The position numbers and the translations under genes are program-made. Shown one piece after another: positions 13,730 to 26,800 of a DNA stretch of 64,000 nucleotides (positions are counted from its first letter, which is position 1; every line of letters begins with the position of its first letter). The notes under the pieces are model-generated. The model had not been told where the DNA came from. It saw only the letters and a list, made by a program, of their open reading frames with translations, and ran no database searches. The stretch is from Stegostoma tigrinum (taxonomy: Eukaryota): assembly GCF_030684315.1 (NCBI RefSeq), contig NC_081387.1, forward strand, positions 5,498,497 through 5,562,496, read 5' to 3'.

Positions 13730-14200
13730 AGACATGGTTGATCTTGCAGTGTGTGGAACTGTAGGAATCCCAACATGTGATTGATAGGAGTAGAAAATCC
13801 ATTGGTGAATTTCTGAATGAACGTTTTGAAGAAAGGGGCCATGTTGGATTGACCCCTGTTAATGGTAAATCCGAGTGCAGTATGGTGTTTGGTAAATTAT
13901 ATCATGAAAACCTACAGGAAAGCGAATGAATACAACTCCTGCCTGTCATTAAATGGTGGTGTTTCACATTCCTGTATGAACCATATGTTTCATCTTTCCT
14001 CATTATATACCTTTAACATATCCAAAAATTTTCATAACGATAAAAATCCTTTTGAAAATCATGGGAAATATGTGAATTGTGTTTACTAGGGGAACATATA
14101 CAAAGTAAATTGTTGCTGTTGATGAAATTACTTCATGATGTATAGTCTGATCTATCATCTGATAGGATATATAACCTAACAGATTTCAAATTCCAGGGTT
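13730..14200 (-). mobile_element. Penelope-like element RT remnant (paralog of 43660-44140)
   Basis: Nucleotide similarity to the better preserved copy at 43290-44140. Confidence 0.65.
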
Positions 14201-15146
14201 GCTTTCCATACTGATGGCCAGGGAAAGTGTTCTGCCTAGAGTGTAGATCAGGTTACATGATCAGATTTTATATATTTCCAGTCACACTCTGATTTGGAGG
14301 GATTCTGAACATAGTGTGTGTGGAAAAAGTGTCAGAGTAAAAGCATATTCAGTCACTTTGTAATAAAATAGTAATATATGGGTTACTTAGTAAGGTGAGA
14401 CATCAATCCTCTAGTAAATTAATTACTGTGCAGTTTTGTGCAGGTATGTAATTGTTGTTAAAGTTGACACTGAGGTTGATTCATTAACATATTTTATTGA
14501 CATGCAAGTGACATTTGATTAAAGTTAATACACTTTTAAAGTAAATTATAGAGTACAGATCTCTCATGGCCTAGAAATAATTGTTGTAAGATTACAGAAA
14601 TTAATTCAATTCAAATAAAGCTGGTGAGCAGAATTCAAGAATATATTTACTGTAGAATTAAACTCCCAAAAGTAAGTTTAGGGTGAATTTTAAACAATAT
14701 TGTTTCAGCAACAAGATAACGTTGCCTGGAATCACATATTGTCTAATAATGGAACATAAGCAACATTATTTGTAATTCCATATTTAAGTACTTGATTGCA
14801 ATCTCTGGAACCATAAAATTATAAATTATAAGAATAATTTAGCAAAAATATTAATGTAAGGCAATATGATGTTTGAAACCTGATGTTAGTTGCTGATTTT
14901 AAGCCAAAAGGCCAAAGTTTTTATGCAGCTATATTCCAGCTTCTGTGTTATTAGTTGGCATTTCTGAAGTTCTTTTAAGAAAATTGTTTCTGGTTGACGT
15001 GTTTATGCTTTAAACACAAATTGCTGTAAACGTCTGTTGTATAGTTCACTGGTTGCAGTTAATTTCTCTGTCCCTTCAGCCCTCTACTCTGGTGAGACAC
15101 AGCACCGTGATGTGAGATGTTCCAGTTTGTACAATTACACAGGACA

Positions 15147-16756
15147 TTGGAATAACTCCATTGAGGCTGGTATCCTGTCATGAAGTCACCCTTTATTTAC
15201 ACATGTAGGGTTGCTTTGTCTCCCTTGAAAGTCCCGAGCCCTTCATGAAATACCTCTGAGTATTTAATTAGGACTTCACTCAGGCAGCCATTTACTAATC
15301 GAAAGATATTGGGCCAATCTAGGTGAATCTTTGTCAATCAATTTCATCCTTTCAGGTTTGAGCCCGAACTTTTTACTGCAATTATTGGTAAATGAACTAG
15401 CTGCTTGTCAGAAGAGACTGGAACCAAAGTTGTTCCTTTAATATGTAAAGGATCACCAGTAGAGGTTCTTCGCCTGGTCGAGGTCATAGTCAAACTTAAG
15501 GGTTGGAGTGCAGAGGGAATTGTGTTAAAGACAGGTTCTGCAGTCACAGGGACAGCCATGCCAGTATCAACCTCCATTAAAACCAGGTGACCATTTAACC
15601 AGATGTCAACTTTGACTGGTTCTGATTTGGATGTTGCTACTCAAGGCAACTGTTCCAACTCAGATATAGGTGGACTTTCCAGGGCGTGTACTCTCGAGTT
15701 ATCTTACTTAATTTAGGCCAAGTGGGAGTCTTTTGCCATCTCATTGCCACATACTCATAGCAGCTACAATGGCCTGCTGGTCCAGATCCTGAAGAAAATT
15801 TTACCCATTTGGCTGAGGCTTTGCTTTGTTTTGGGGTTTTGCTGTGGGCAGACCTTGAGACCCTCTATCAGGGTATGTCCTGAGTGAGGCTATTGAATTA
15901 CCTTCACTCGAGTGGTGTCCCAAGCTCAGTCAGACTAAATGAGGATGTCCACTTCCATCAGGATACCCTGTAACTCATATGCTCCACTTGGCACATTTGC
16001 TAATGACAAAGCCAGTTGTAGTGCCTGTTTGAAGTCCAGTTGGGCTTCAGCTAATAGGCACTTTTGGATGGTTACATCATTAATCCCACAAACCAAATTG
16101 TCTCTCAGCATCTCATTACAGTTTAACAAATAAAAAAAAAAAATCACATGCCTCTGCCAGTCATCTTAACCTTGTCAAAAATCCCAATATGGATTCTCTG
16201 GTTCTCAAACTGCCAAATAAGACTGATAGCTTCTCAGAATTAGAGGAGGATTGGAGTCACAATGTTCCTGAATTAAATCCATCAACTCTTGAAAAGCTTT
16301 AGTATCTGCTGCCTCAGGAAACATTAGGCTCTTAATAACCAAAAAAACTGCAGGTCCACAAGTTGTCAGAAGAATTAATTGTTGCTTTTCACTTGCCCCA
16401 ATGTCATTAGCCTGGAAAATATAATGCATGCTTTCCACATACTACGCCCAGTCCACCACAGCTACATGGAACAAGTCAAGGTTACCAAATAACAGCATCA
16501 TGTCAGAAGTGCTTACCCAAACTCAAAGATGACTGTTGTAAGTTTCTTCAGGGGCAATTTTTCCTCTCATCATCACTGATTATAACTCCAAATAGACTGG
16601 TATCCCATCACCAAATCACCCTTTACTTACTGATCCTCCAACACTCCTGTTCTTATCTGTCAGTGACAGCTTCCGGATTGGACTAGGTTAACAGCCCCAA
16701 TCAGGGAAGTCATATTTTACGAGGTCCACTTGGCTGATCTTATTACAATCACTACA
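15147..16756 (-). mobile_element. Internally deleted Gypsy LTR retrotransposon (5' LTR about 16756-16577, PBS, gag, protease, partial 3' LTR)
   Basis: Minus-strand TG start; gag motifs YVESMHYIFQANDI..LILLTTCG and MLRDNLVCGIND..IQKCLLAE; protease MEVDTG; LTR-end similarity 15147-15205 vs 16577-16630; GACA TSD at 15143-15146 and 16757-16760; empty site in the paralog at about 45837. Confidence 0.88.
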
Positions 16757-17700
16757 GACATCGCAACACAAAAAACAAGATTGTCAATAAGTTATTGGAT
16801 GGATCTACAGTACAGATATTCACAGCAATATCATTCCCCCCAACTGTTAACTCTTTAAGTAAAATAATTTGTCATGATAGAACTTTCAAGTTGTTATTTA
16901 AAGTACTGCTTGTTAATCTTTTCATTCTGAAAAGTAAGTTCCCAACTCCTCCGTGGTACGTGTCGCCCAGTTTCTCCTTAAACACCCTAATAATTCCAAG
17001 CAGAGAATACTCACTACTTGCAAGTGTGAATTCCTTCAGAGCTTCCTTTACCCAAATGATAACTCCCTGCAGAATATTCAGTGCATGGGAGCACAGCACG
17101 TTCATCACTTGTGCTACACACATCAGTAACACTCATCGAAACTGCCTTTGTCCTTTGCATGGAGCATCAGAGACATTCCCCAATTTCGATGTGGGACCTC
17201 CCATGCTGCACAATTTCCAATCAAGGTCTCTTTGTGAAGAACCTCTCCTCTCACTGTTTGCAAACCTTAACAAATATGTTTTCCAGTTCAGTATTTGTGA
17301 ATAGCTTCTCCTGAAATACAATTGTAAATGTGATCAAACCTTCCTTTCCCTTGTGAACACAGCTCGCCATCCTCATCGATTTCAATTTCTATGTCTCATG
17401 CAATTACTGTCAGTCCCTCCAAATTCTGGGGAGGGGTGGGGCACAGACTAGTCTTGTGTGAGTCAGTTAGAAGAGGGACCTTTCTCAACGTAGATTGTGC
17501 TGTTTCAACAAACTCTGTATTGACTCTTGTTCCTCATTGGTGGTTAAGAACTCTGTAACATTGCTATCTAGATGATGTTGCACTGTGTTTACATCAGAAA
17601 CATTGCCTGCAGGATTTAATGTGTCTGTTTCTGATGGACTCTCTTTTTCATTTGTGGCATTACTTCCTTGCTCCAGGTCATGTGGACCATTTGACTCTCT

Positions 17701-17816
17701 CTACAAGGGTTGTATTTGGAGCTCGGACTCAGATATGCTCATCAGTTTCAGTTCCACATTATTGTCCATGACTTCCTGCTGAAGGCGAGTGGGCCTTGTC
17801 TCCAGAATGGGATGAG
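17701..17816 (-). CDS. Gene A exon 6, cytoplasmic tail (AHPILETRPTRLQQEVMDNNVELKLMSISESELQIQPL*)
   Basis: Acceptor ttttcatttatttcag, phase 1; strongly conserved with 47170-46944 while flanks diverge. Small extra exons in the 9.4-kb intron cannot be excluded. Confidence 0.75.
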
Positions 17817-20800
17817 CTGAAATAAATGAAAATATTAAACATATCAATTGAATTATAACTGAGAAAAGTATAATTGTGGCCATCAACTGGTCAGTAACAG
17901 CAATATGGAACCAGAACTTTTTAATTCCTTTTCCAGGATTTGTGTAGAACAGCTGCTGTGGATTTCCTGTTTAATCTGTCCATTGATTTTTGTCATTTAT
18001 AGAAATGATTTGGATGTGAGTACAGGAGGTGTGGTTAGTAAGTTTGCAGATAACACTAAAATTAAGTGGTTGAGTGGACAGTGAAGGTTACGTCAGAGTA
18101 CAATGGGACCTTGATCAGATGGGACAAGGGGCCAGGGAGTGGCAGATGGAGTTTAATTTAGATAAATGTGCTGAGGCAAACCACTGTAAGACTTATATAG
18201 TAAACGGTAGGGCCGTGGGGAATGTTGCAGCACAAAAAGGGGGAGCAGGTATGTATTTCCTTGAAATGATGTTGCTAAATTTGACACAGTGCACAAAAGA
18301 TTTCCCAGGATGCTGCCAGGGTTGGAGGATTTGATCTACAGGGAGAGGCTGAGGCTTTTTTCCCCTCGAGCGTTGGAGTCTGAAGGGTGACCTTACGGAC
18401 GTTTATAAAATCATGAGGGGAATTGATAGGGTGAATAGCCAAGGTATTTTCCCTAGGCTGGGGGAGTCCAAAACTAGAGGGCATAGACTTAAGGTGAGAG
18501 GGGAAGGATTTAATTAGGACCTAAGGGGCAATGATCTCATGCAGAGGCTGGTGCGTGTATGGAATGAGCTGCCAAAAGAAGTGGTGGAGGCCGGTACAAC
18601 ATAATTACAATAATTAACAATATTTAAAAGGCATCTGGATGGGTATATGAAAAGGAAGGGTTTACAGGGATATGGGCCAAGTACTGGCAAATGGGACTGG
18701 ATCAGATTGGGATGTTTGGTTGGTGCACACGGGTTGGACCGAAGGGTCTGATTCCGTGCATTATGACTCTATGATTCTATCGACAAGGACATGGAGCTTT
18801 GATTACAAACCATTCTGAACTACATGTTACCCCTGAGGGAGGGGATTGGGTCAGAAAGAAAGTGGATAAAACAAAATAAAGCAGCAAGACAGGGAGACTC
18901 AGTCTGTGTGTTGACTATGCCGGAAGGCAAGTCAAAAGTGAAGTCACAGTGAAGTAAGGTTGTTCGGTGAGGATTTTGTTCATTTGCTTCTCAAATCTGT
19001 GTCATTTATTAGTAATCATAAGGTTTTATTAATATTGGCAGCATTCATTTGTGGTAATAAAGCTCACAGGGAGTAGTAGACTTCATCAATTTCAAATGAA
19101 TGAAAAAAGATTAATTAACACACAAGAAAGATAGCAGTTCAGTTTTGGTCACTTTGACATAGGAAAGATTTTAATAAACTGGAAAGAGCGCAGAAGAAAT
19201 TTACAAGGACATTGCCAGGACTCAAGGGACTGAGTTATAGGGAGAGGTTGGACAAGCTAGGACTTTTTTCTTTAGAGTGTAGGACACTGAGGGGGGGAAA
19301 TCTTATAGAAGTGTGTAAGATCATGAGAGGTATCGATAGTGTTGAATGTACTCAGTCTTTTTCCCAGGGGTGAGGAATCAAGGACTACAGGGCATCAATT
19401 TGAGATAAGAGGGGAAAGAATACATGGGAACTTGAGGGACAACCTTTTTTTACACAGAAGGTCGTACATGTATGGAAGGAGATGCCAGTGGAAGTGGTTG
19501 AGACGGGTATATTAAGAGCATTTAAAAGGAATTTGGACGAATACATGGATAGGAAAGGTTTAGAAGGATATGGGTCAAGTGCAGGGAAATGCGGTTTGCG
19601 TGATGGACATTTTTGGTTGGCATGGACCAATTTGGGCTGTAAAACCGATGTGACTGCAGAATTACTGCTGTCAGTGTGATCCAGCACAAACATGTTTCAG
19701 TAAGTGTTTGCGCCATGAAGAGCTTCAGCTCAGAATCAATGAGCTGGAGACTGAGCCGCTAACTCAGCAAAACAGGGAGGGAGATAGACACTTCATTCCA
19801 GCAGACAGTCACACCCTTTTGGATAGGTTCTTCAATTTTGTCAGTGGTCAGGGCTAGCAGTAAGTGACTACGAGTGAGATGGGTAGAGGACTCTGAAGAG
19901 GAGCATCAGCCTTCGTAACTGTCCATCAGGATCAGGGTTTTTACAAACTGTATGGATGGAAACATGGGTTAGAGGGTCGATAAGCAAACTGACTAGGATG
20001 CCACTCAGGTGTGGAGAGTTAATGGGAATACAGTTGTGGTAGGGAACAGTATTTTCAGTGAAGTAAGAGTCCAGGGCATTATGTTGCCTGCAGATACTTA
20101 GTGTTCGGAACAACGACACAGGATTGAAAAGGAACGTGCAGTGGGAGGAGACTAATCACAGTCATGCTCCACATTGGCACCAACAGTACAGACAGGAGAG
20201 AGAGCTGTTTTTGAGGGACAATGAACATTTTGTGGGAGCTGAATATTTGGTGCACCCTCACCTAAACTGCTGTCTTCATGTTCTGGTGAGTGCTATAAAC
20301 GAGAGACCCTGCTGTTTAGTTTAAGGCTAAGGGAAAAAGTTTAGAAAGATGTGAAAAATTAAGGCTGTGTTTGCTGACACCATACATCTGTATTAATTCG
20401 GAAACACACTTACACACAATTCCAGACATGTTATATCATGTCAAAATTACATGTGATGTCATACATGAAGCCTGCAATGAGAATGTGCAGAAAAGAAGTT
20501 TGTGCGACTTTGAAACAGGGATCAGTAAGGAGGGAGGACACAGGACCAGGATGTGGTGGAAGTGAGGACATGATGGAGAGTGGGAGGGAAACAGGACAGG
20601 GGACATTGGTTAATGAGCTAGTGTTGGGGGGCACTGGGGAAGAGGAAGGAGTGAGTAAGCAGGCTGCAGGAAGCCTCCAGCCCTCCTTCCATTTCTCCTC
20701 CTTCTATCCCTCCATTCACCTTTCCCTTACCTCACTCCTTCCACCTCTCCCCATTTCCTGAGAATTGTGCTACCTTTGGCCCCCTCTACCGAGCATACCC

Positions 20801-23800
20801 AAAGCTTCTTTGTAATGTTATCACCTCAGGTCCTGCTACCACTCCCACCAGATCCCGTGACCACGCCCCCCTCCGCCAACTCTCCCATCTACCAGCTTCC
20901 TAGGACTCATTCCTCCCGCAGGAAGGTCCCAGCACCACCCCTGTCCCAAACCCTCTCCCCACTCCCCTCTCTTGGGTATTGGGCCTTGTTTTCCCCCTCC
21001 ATCCCCTAAAACTGTTTACATAGACACATGTGAATTAAAAGTAGCACCTAGCCTGCATGCTTTTGCTGACACCAATGCAATCATACATTAAATGGAGAAT
21101 ATAAAGTAGAGACCAAGATACCAATAATGGAAATTGTGATCTGGAAGGGATGCAGCATACAAATTAGGTGTCCACAAGCAGATAAAACTAGAAGTTACAA
21201 GTATAGTAGGAAGAACTAAAAGCTCCCTTTCTGAATTCATTAAGTGTTTGTAACAGATTGAATGAATTGACAGCACAAGTAGACATGATCTGACAGCTAT
21301 TACAGAGACATGGTTGCAAGACGAAGAAGACTGGGACCTGAATATTCAAATCTGTAAAACGTACAACGGAGTGTCTAACAGTAGAAGTGATTCTGTAATT
21401 GGACAGCATTTGTTAGATAATGCTGATTGTGCGTGGAGCTATGAGACAACTAATTTAGGATTGTCAGTCAGACTCGCACACGTTCCTAGTTTGAAATTGA
21501 AATGAAGTCTGTAAATTAACAGTCAATCATCATTAATTGCTGCATTCTCCAAGCAATGCCTCTACCAATCAGAGACACTTGCCATCAATCAGCACTGTTC
21601 TCTCATATATTGTAAACATTTTCAGTAGTACTCAACTCTGTATTACCAAATGTCTATTTGTACGGCTGAGACAGCAACAATTGCAATGTCAACATAGCTC
21701 AACTTACACGTAAATTTAGACAAAGTAAACTTTCTACTGAAATTCTTCAAAACATAAGGTTGTGCCAGGTTTCGTTTTCAAATGTATTGATGATGAGACA
21801 GAGCCCCATGACTGAATGAACATTTATGCAAGATAAGAATGAACATTTGGTAATAGACTTACCATTTCTCAAATGGTAAGAAGATGGCAAGCGTTGAACT
21901 TCATCGAGACTTTGTTGTCCTTTTCATGACTAATTGAAAGTTAACATGCAGGTATAGCAAGCAATTAAAGCAAATGACAAATTGTTCTTCAGTATAAGAG
22001 GATTTGAATATAGGTGTAAAGATGCTTTACTGCAATTCTATTGAACCTTGGTGAGATGTCACTGGACTATCGTGTGCATTTTAGGTCTCTGTCCCAATGG
22101 AAAAATATACTTGTTGTAGATGTAAATCCAACAAAACTTTGCCAAATTAATACCTGAAATGGAACGATTGCTCTAGGGAGTAAAGTTAAGGAGGCTGGGC
22201 CTTCATTGTCTTGATAAAAACCGAAAGAACTGCTGATGCTGTAAATCAGGAACAGAAACAAAGTTGCTGGAAAAACGAGTGGGTCTGAGGAAGGATCACC
22301 AGACCCAAAATGTTAACTGATTTTTTCTTCACAGCTGCTGCTAGACCTGCTGAGCTTTTCTAGCAACTTTGTTTTTGTTCCTTTATTCTCTTCAGTTTGG
22401 AAGAATGTGAGATGACCTCATTCAGACGTAACACATTCTTCCAGGGCTCAACCAATGATAAAAGGAAGACAGCTGGGAGTTAGAAATTTAGACTGTGGGA
22501 CTCGGTCTCAGAATACGGGGCAACTCATCGAAGACTGAGGTGGATAAGAATTATTTCACTCAGATCCTGGTGATTCACTGCAATTCACTATGCAAGAAGC
22601 TTGGGAAATGCTCAGTTGTTGAGTATCTTAAGACTGAGATCAATAATTTTTGGCATATTAAAGAACACCAAGGGATATGGGGAGAGTGTAGGAAAATGGG
22701 ATGGCCTATCGGCCAACGAATGATGGAGTGAGCCTGAAGCACTGCCTCCCCTCATATTGTGCCTATTTTTCATGTTCTTAATCATTGGTCATCTAGAGAC
22801 TGAGTTTATACAATGCTCACTTTCCTTAATTTTTTCCTTTTTAAATATCTGTAAATGCCCTTACTATTTGTTTATTTCTAACTAGAATACCCTATTTTCC
22901 ATCCTTATTAAGATGTTAGTTATTCTTTGCAGTACTTTGAAATCTATCCAATCTTCTGACTCACATTTCTGAACCTGGGCACATTTTGTTTCAATTTTAG
23001 ACTATACTTAACTTCCTTTAGTTGGCCACGATGGTAGATTCCACTGTTAGAATCTTACCTTCAAATGAGGAAAATATCTTAGTATTCTGAAATATCTCCA
23101 TAAATGGTTGACACTGCATCTTCATTGACCTATTCCTGAACCTAATTTCTCTGTCTTCATGCCCCCAGTTCTATCCTTATTTAAGTTTAAAACACTAGTC
23201 TTAGATCCACACTTCTCCTCAGATTGAATGGGATATATGAATATATGAGGATAACTGCTCCCTCTCTGTGATTATTAATTAAACCTGTCTCATTGCACAT
23301 TAGCAGATTTAACCAAACTGCTCCCTGGTATTCTTTGTGATACATATCTCCATGAAACTGTTCCAAAAAATGTTTTATGAACTCCTCATTCATGCAATTT
23401 ACCAATCTTAAATCTATGTTTACTGCTTTACCTGTCTCACAAGTCCAAAATATTTCTTCCTGAGTACCTCATCCTACAACATGGTTGGTCTTGGGGAAAA
23501 TCTAAACAATACCCAACTCTAAGCTGTCAATCAAGCTCTGATGAAGGGTCTAGGCCCGAAACGTCAGCTTTTGTGCTCCTGAGATGCTGCTTGGCCTGCT
23601 GTGTTCATCCAGCCTCACATTTTATTATCTTGGATTCTCCAGCATCTGCAGTTCCCATTGACAGCTTAGAGATGAGTGATAATCATTTACTGCTAAATTC
23701 TCCTTTGCAGCATGTCTGTCAGAGTTTCCTTGTCAACCAATGAGCACTCTTCTCTCATAAATGTTGTTTTCCCTTTAAGTTGATTTCAGATAGTTGATGA

Positions 23801-26800
23801 GTGCAAATGAAAGTCTTCTTAAAATGTGTCATTCTCTTCAGCAATACTCAAGTTCTGAACTACCAAATGGCTACTTTCAAACCTAAGACAGAAATCATAA
23901 CAAAGACCACACAGTGGGATATCAAAAACATAGTTCAACTTACAGGTAAGCTATGAACAGATAAGTTTTAAATGTCTTTCTCAGGCTGTATTAAACACCA
24001 AGTGTGTGCCAGTTTTCATTTCCAAATGTATTGCTAAGCTGAAGGTGAGACCCAGTCCCAAGGCTGATGGATCTTTATGATAGATCAGATTCAAGAAACA
24101 CACCGTATTTCCGATCTTCCACCAATGTGGATAACCTTACATTTCTCCACATTGTTTTTGTCCACTTACTTAGCCTTTGCAAATCACCTTGGAGCATCTT
24201 GCACCCTTCTTATTGTGCCATTTGCAAAATTGGAAATATTAAATTTAATCTCACATCCTAATAATAATATATACAGATTGTGCATAGCTAGGTCTCCAGC
24301 ACAGATTCCCGCAGGCTCTCACTAATCACAGCCTAATAACCTGAATATGACCCTATTTACCCCTATTATTATGTATTTTCTGTCTGTAAACCAGTTCTTA
24401 ACCCTTTCCAATACATTTCCCCAAATCCCATTAATAAAGCCAAATACTGAAAAGTTGGATGAATTGAGCAGATACTTTGTTTCTGTCTTTAATGTAGGGG
24501 ATAAACAAAATCACCAAAATAATTGTGATTCAGGAGGTGAAAGGAGAAACTTAAAACAAGTTATCAGAACAGACACTGACAAGCTCCCAGGTCATACAGT
24601 CATGTACAGCACAGAAACAGACCCTTCTAGCCAACTCACCCATGCCAACCAGATATCCTAAATTAATCTGTCCCATTTGCTAGCACTGGCCCATAAACCT
24701 CTACACCCTTCCTATTCATATACCCATCAGATGCCTTTTAAATGTTGTAATTGTACCAGCATCCATGACATCCTCTGCCAGATCATTCCATACATGCACC
24801 ACCCTTTGCTTGAAAAAGTTTCCCCTTAGGTCCCTTTTAAATTTTTCTCTTCTCACCTTAAACCCATGCCCTCTAGTTTTGAACTCCCCTAACCTCCTCA
24901 TCCTAGGCTCTTAAAATAAGTCATGCGAGATAAAATTGCATTAGTTTTAACTTCCCAAATTTCCTGAATGCTGTAAAGATCTCATCAGGTTATAAATAGT
25001 CAATATGACTCCTCCCTTCAAGAAGTGAGGGAGACAGATGGAAGGAAACTACAGGTCAGTAAGCCTAAATCTGTCACAGGGAAAGTGCATTTTGAAAATC
25101 TCAGTGCAATCAGGTCGAGTAAATGTGCTTTTGTGAAAAGGCAATCATGTTTGACTAATATATTTCTTTGAATTATTTAAGAAAGTAATAAGCAACTAGT
25201 TGAAGGGAAAGTTGTGGGTGTTGTGTCCTAAGGTTCCCAGAAGGCATTTCACAAGGCACCACATCACAGATTACTATGGTCATGGTGTAGATGGTAACAT
25301 GGCAGTTACCACAGATAGAGGATTGATTACCTAATGGGAAAATTAGTTATTGCAAAAATCTGTCATTTTCAGATCAGCAACATGTAATGAACACAGTGCC
25401 ACAGTGATTCGTGCTGGGGCCTCAATTATTTACAATATATATCAATGATTTTGTTTAAGGAACTAAATTTACATTTACTAAATTTACCCATAATTCAAAG
25501 AAAGGCAGGAAAATTAGCAGTAAACAGACAGATACAAATAGAAATGGGCAAACAAATGACAGCTGGTTTATAATATGGGAAAAATATGACCTGTCCACTT
25601 TGTTTGGAAGAATAGGAAGCACCATTTTATTTATATGGAGAGAGATGGTGGAACTCTGAAAGTGCAGAGAGTTCTGTTACATGACTCACAGAAAGTTAGG
25701 GTGCAAGTGCAGCAAGCGATTAGGAAACCTAATTAAATGTTGTAGTTTATTCCAAGAATTGAAACATAAATGAATGTTGTGCTACAGTCTGTAAGGCATT
25801 GGTTCTACAGCATCTGAAGTACCACGCACAGGTATGATGCCCTCAGTGTAAGAAAAGATGTGGATGTGTTCAAAGCAGTTCCGAGAAAGGGTTGGACAGG
25901 TTGGGCCTGTACTCATTACAGTATAAAAGAAGAGAGATGTTCTTATTGGAACACACAAGGTCCTGAGGGATTTGATAATGTGGACGCTGAAAGAACGTCT
26001 CCTCTTGCGGGTGAGACTAGAATCACCGGACACAGTTTAAAATGAGGGACCTTCCATTTCAATAGACTGAATTATTTTTTCTCTTAGATGGTCGCGAGTC
26101 TTTAGAACTCTCTTCCCCAGAAAGCAATGAAGGCAGGGTCATTGAAAACGTTTCAGGGTGAGTTGATCTATTTTTGACTAACAGGGGAGTCAAAAGGTTA
26201 TTGGTGGTAGGATTGGAATTAAGGACACAGTCAGATTATCCCTGTGGGCATAGTGACCTAAACCTTTTCCTGAGTCGTTTGTTTATAAAATGCAGGCAAG
26301 AACAATGCGCTATTCAGATTTACTAAAGGCCTTCAATAATTTATCACATGGAAGTCTCATGACTAAGGCCAGTACACATGAAGTGAAAGGACAAGTAGCA
26401 GAGTTATTGTGTACAGTTCTGGCTGCTGCACCAGCAAAATGATGTGGATGCTTTGGAGAGGGTATGTAAGTGGTTTGCCGGGTCATTGCCTGGTTTACAG
26501 GGTTTGAATTGTGGTGAGGGATTGGACAAACTTGGCTTGTTTTCACTTGAATGGAGGCTGAGGTAGTGGTGTGTGGTGGGGGGGGAGGGGGTGACTTGAT
26601 AGATGTTTATTAAATTATGAGAGGCATGGATAGAACGAATACTCTGAGTCTTTTTTCCCCACCGTAGAAATGTCAAATATTAGGGAATGCAAGTTTAAAG
26701 TAAAAGGGAGAATGTTTTTTAGGAGATGTGAGAGGCAAGGATTATTTTTAAACAGAACATGGAATATTGGAATATTGGAATACAGTGGTAGAAACAGATA

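Noticed and set aside
16795-17321. Overlapping ORFs downstream of gene A
   Set aside because: The paralogous region (45850-46370) has frame-breaking indels; more likely 3' UTR or flank.
20560-21010. Pro/Ser-rich ORFs
   Set aside because: Low-complexity purine/pyrimidine-skewed sequence with no splice or paralog support.
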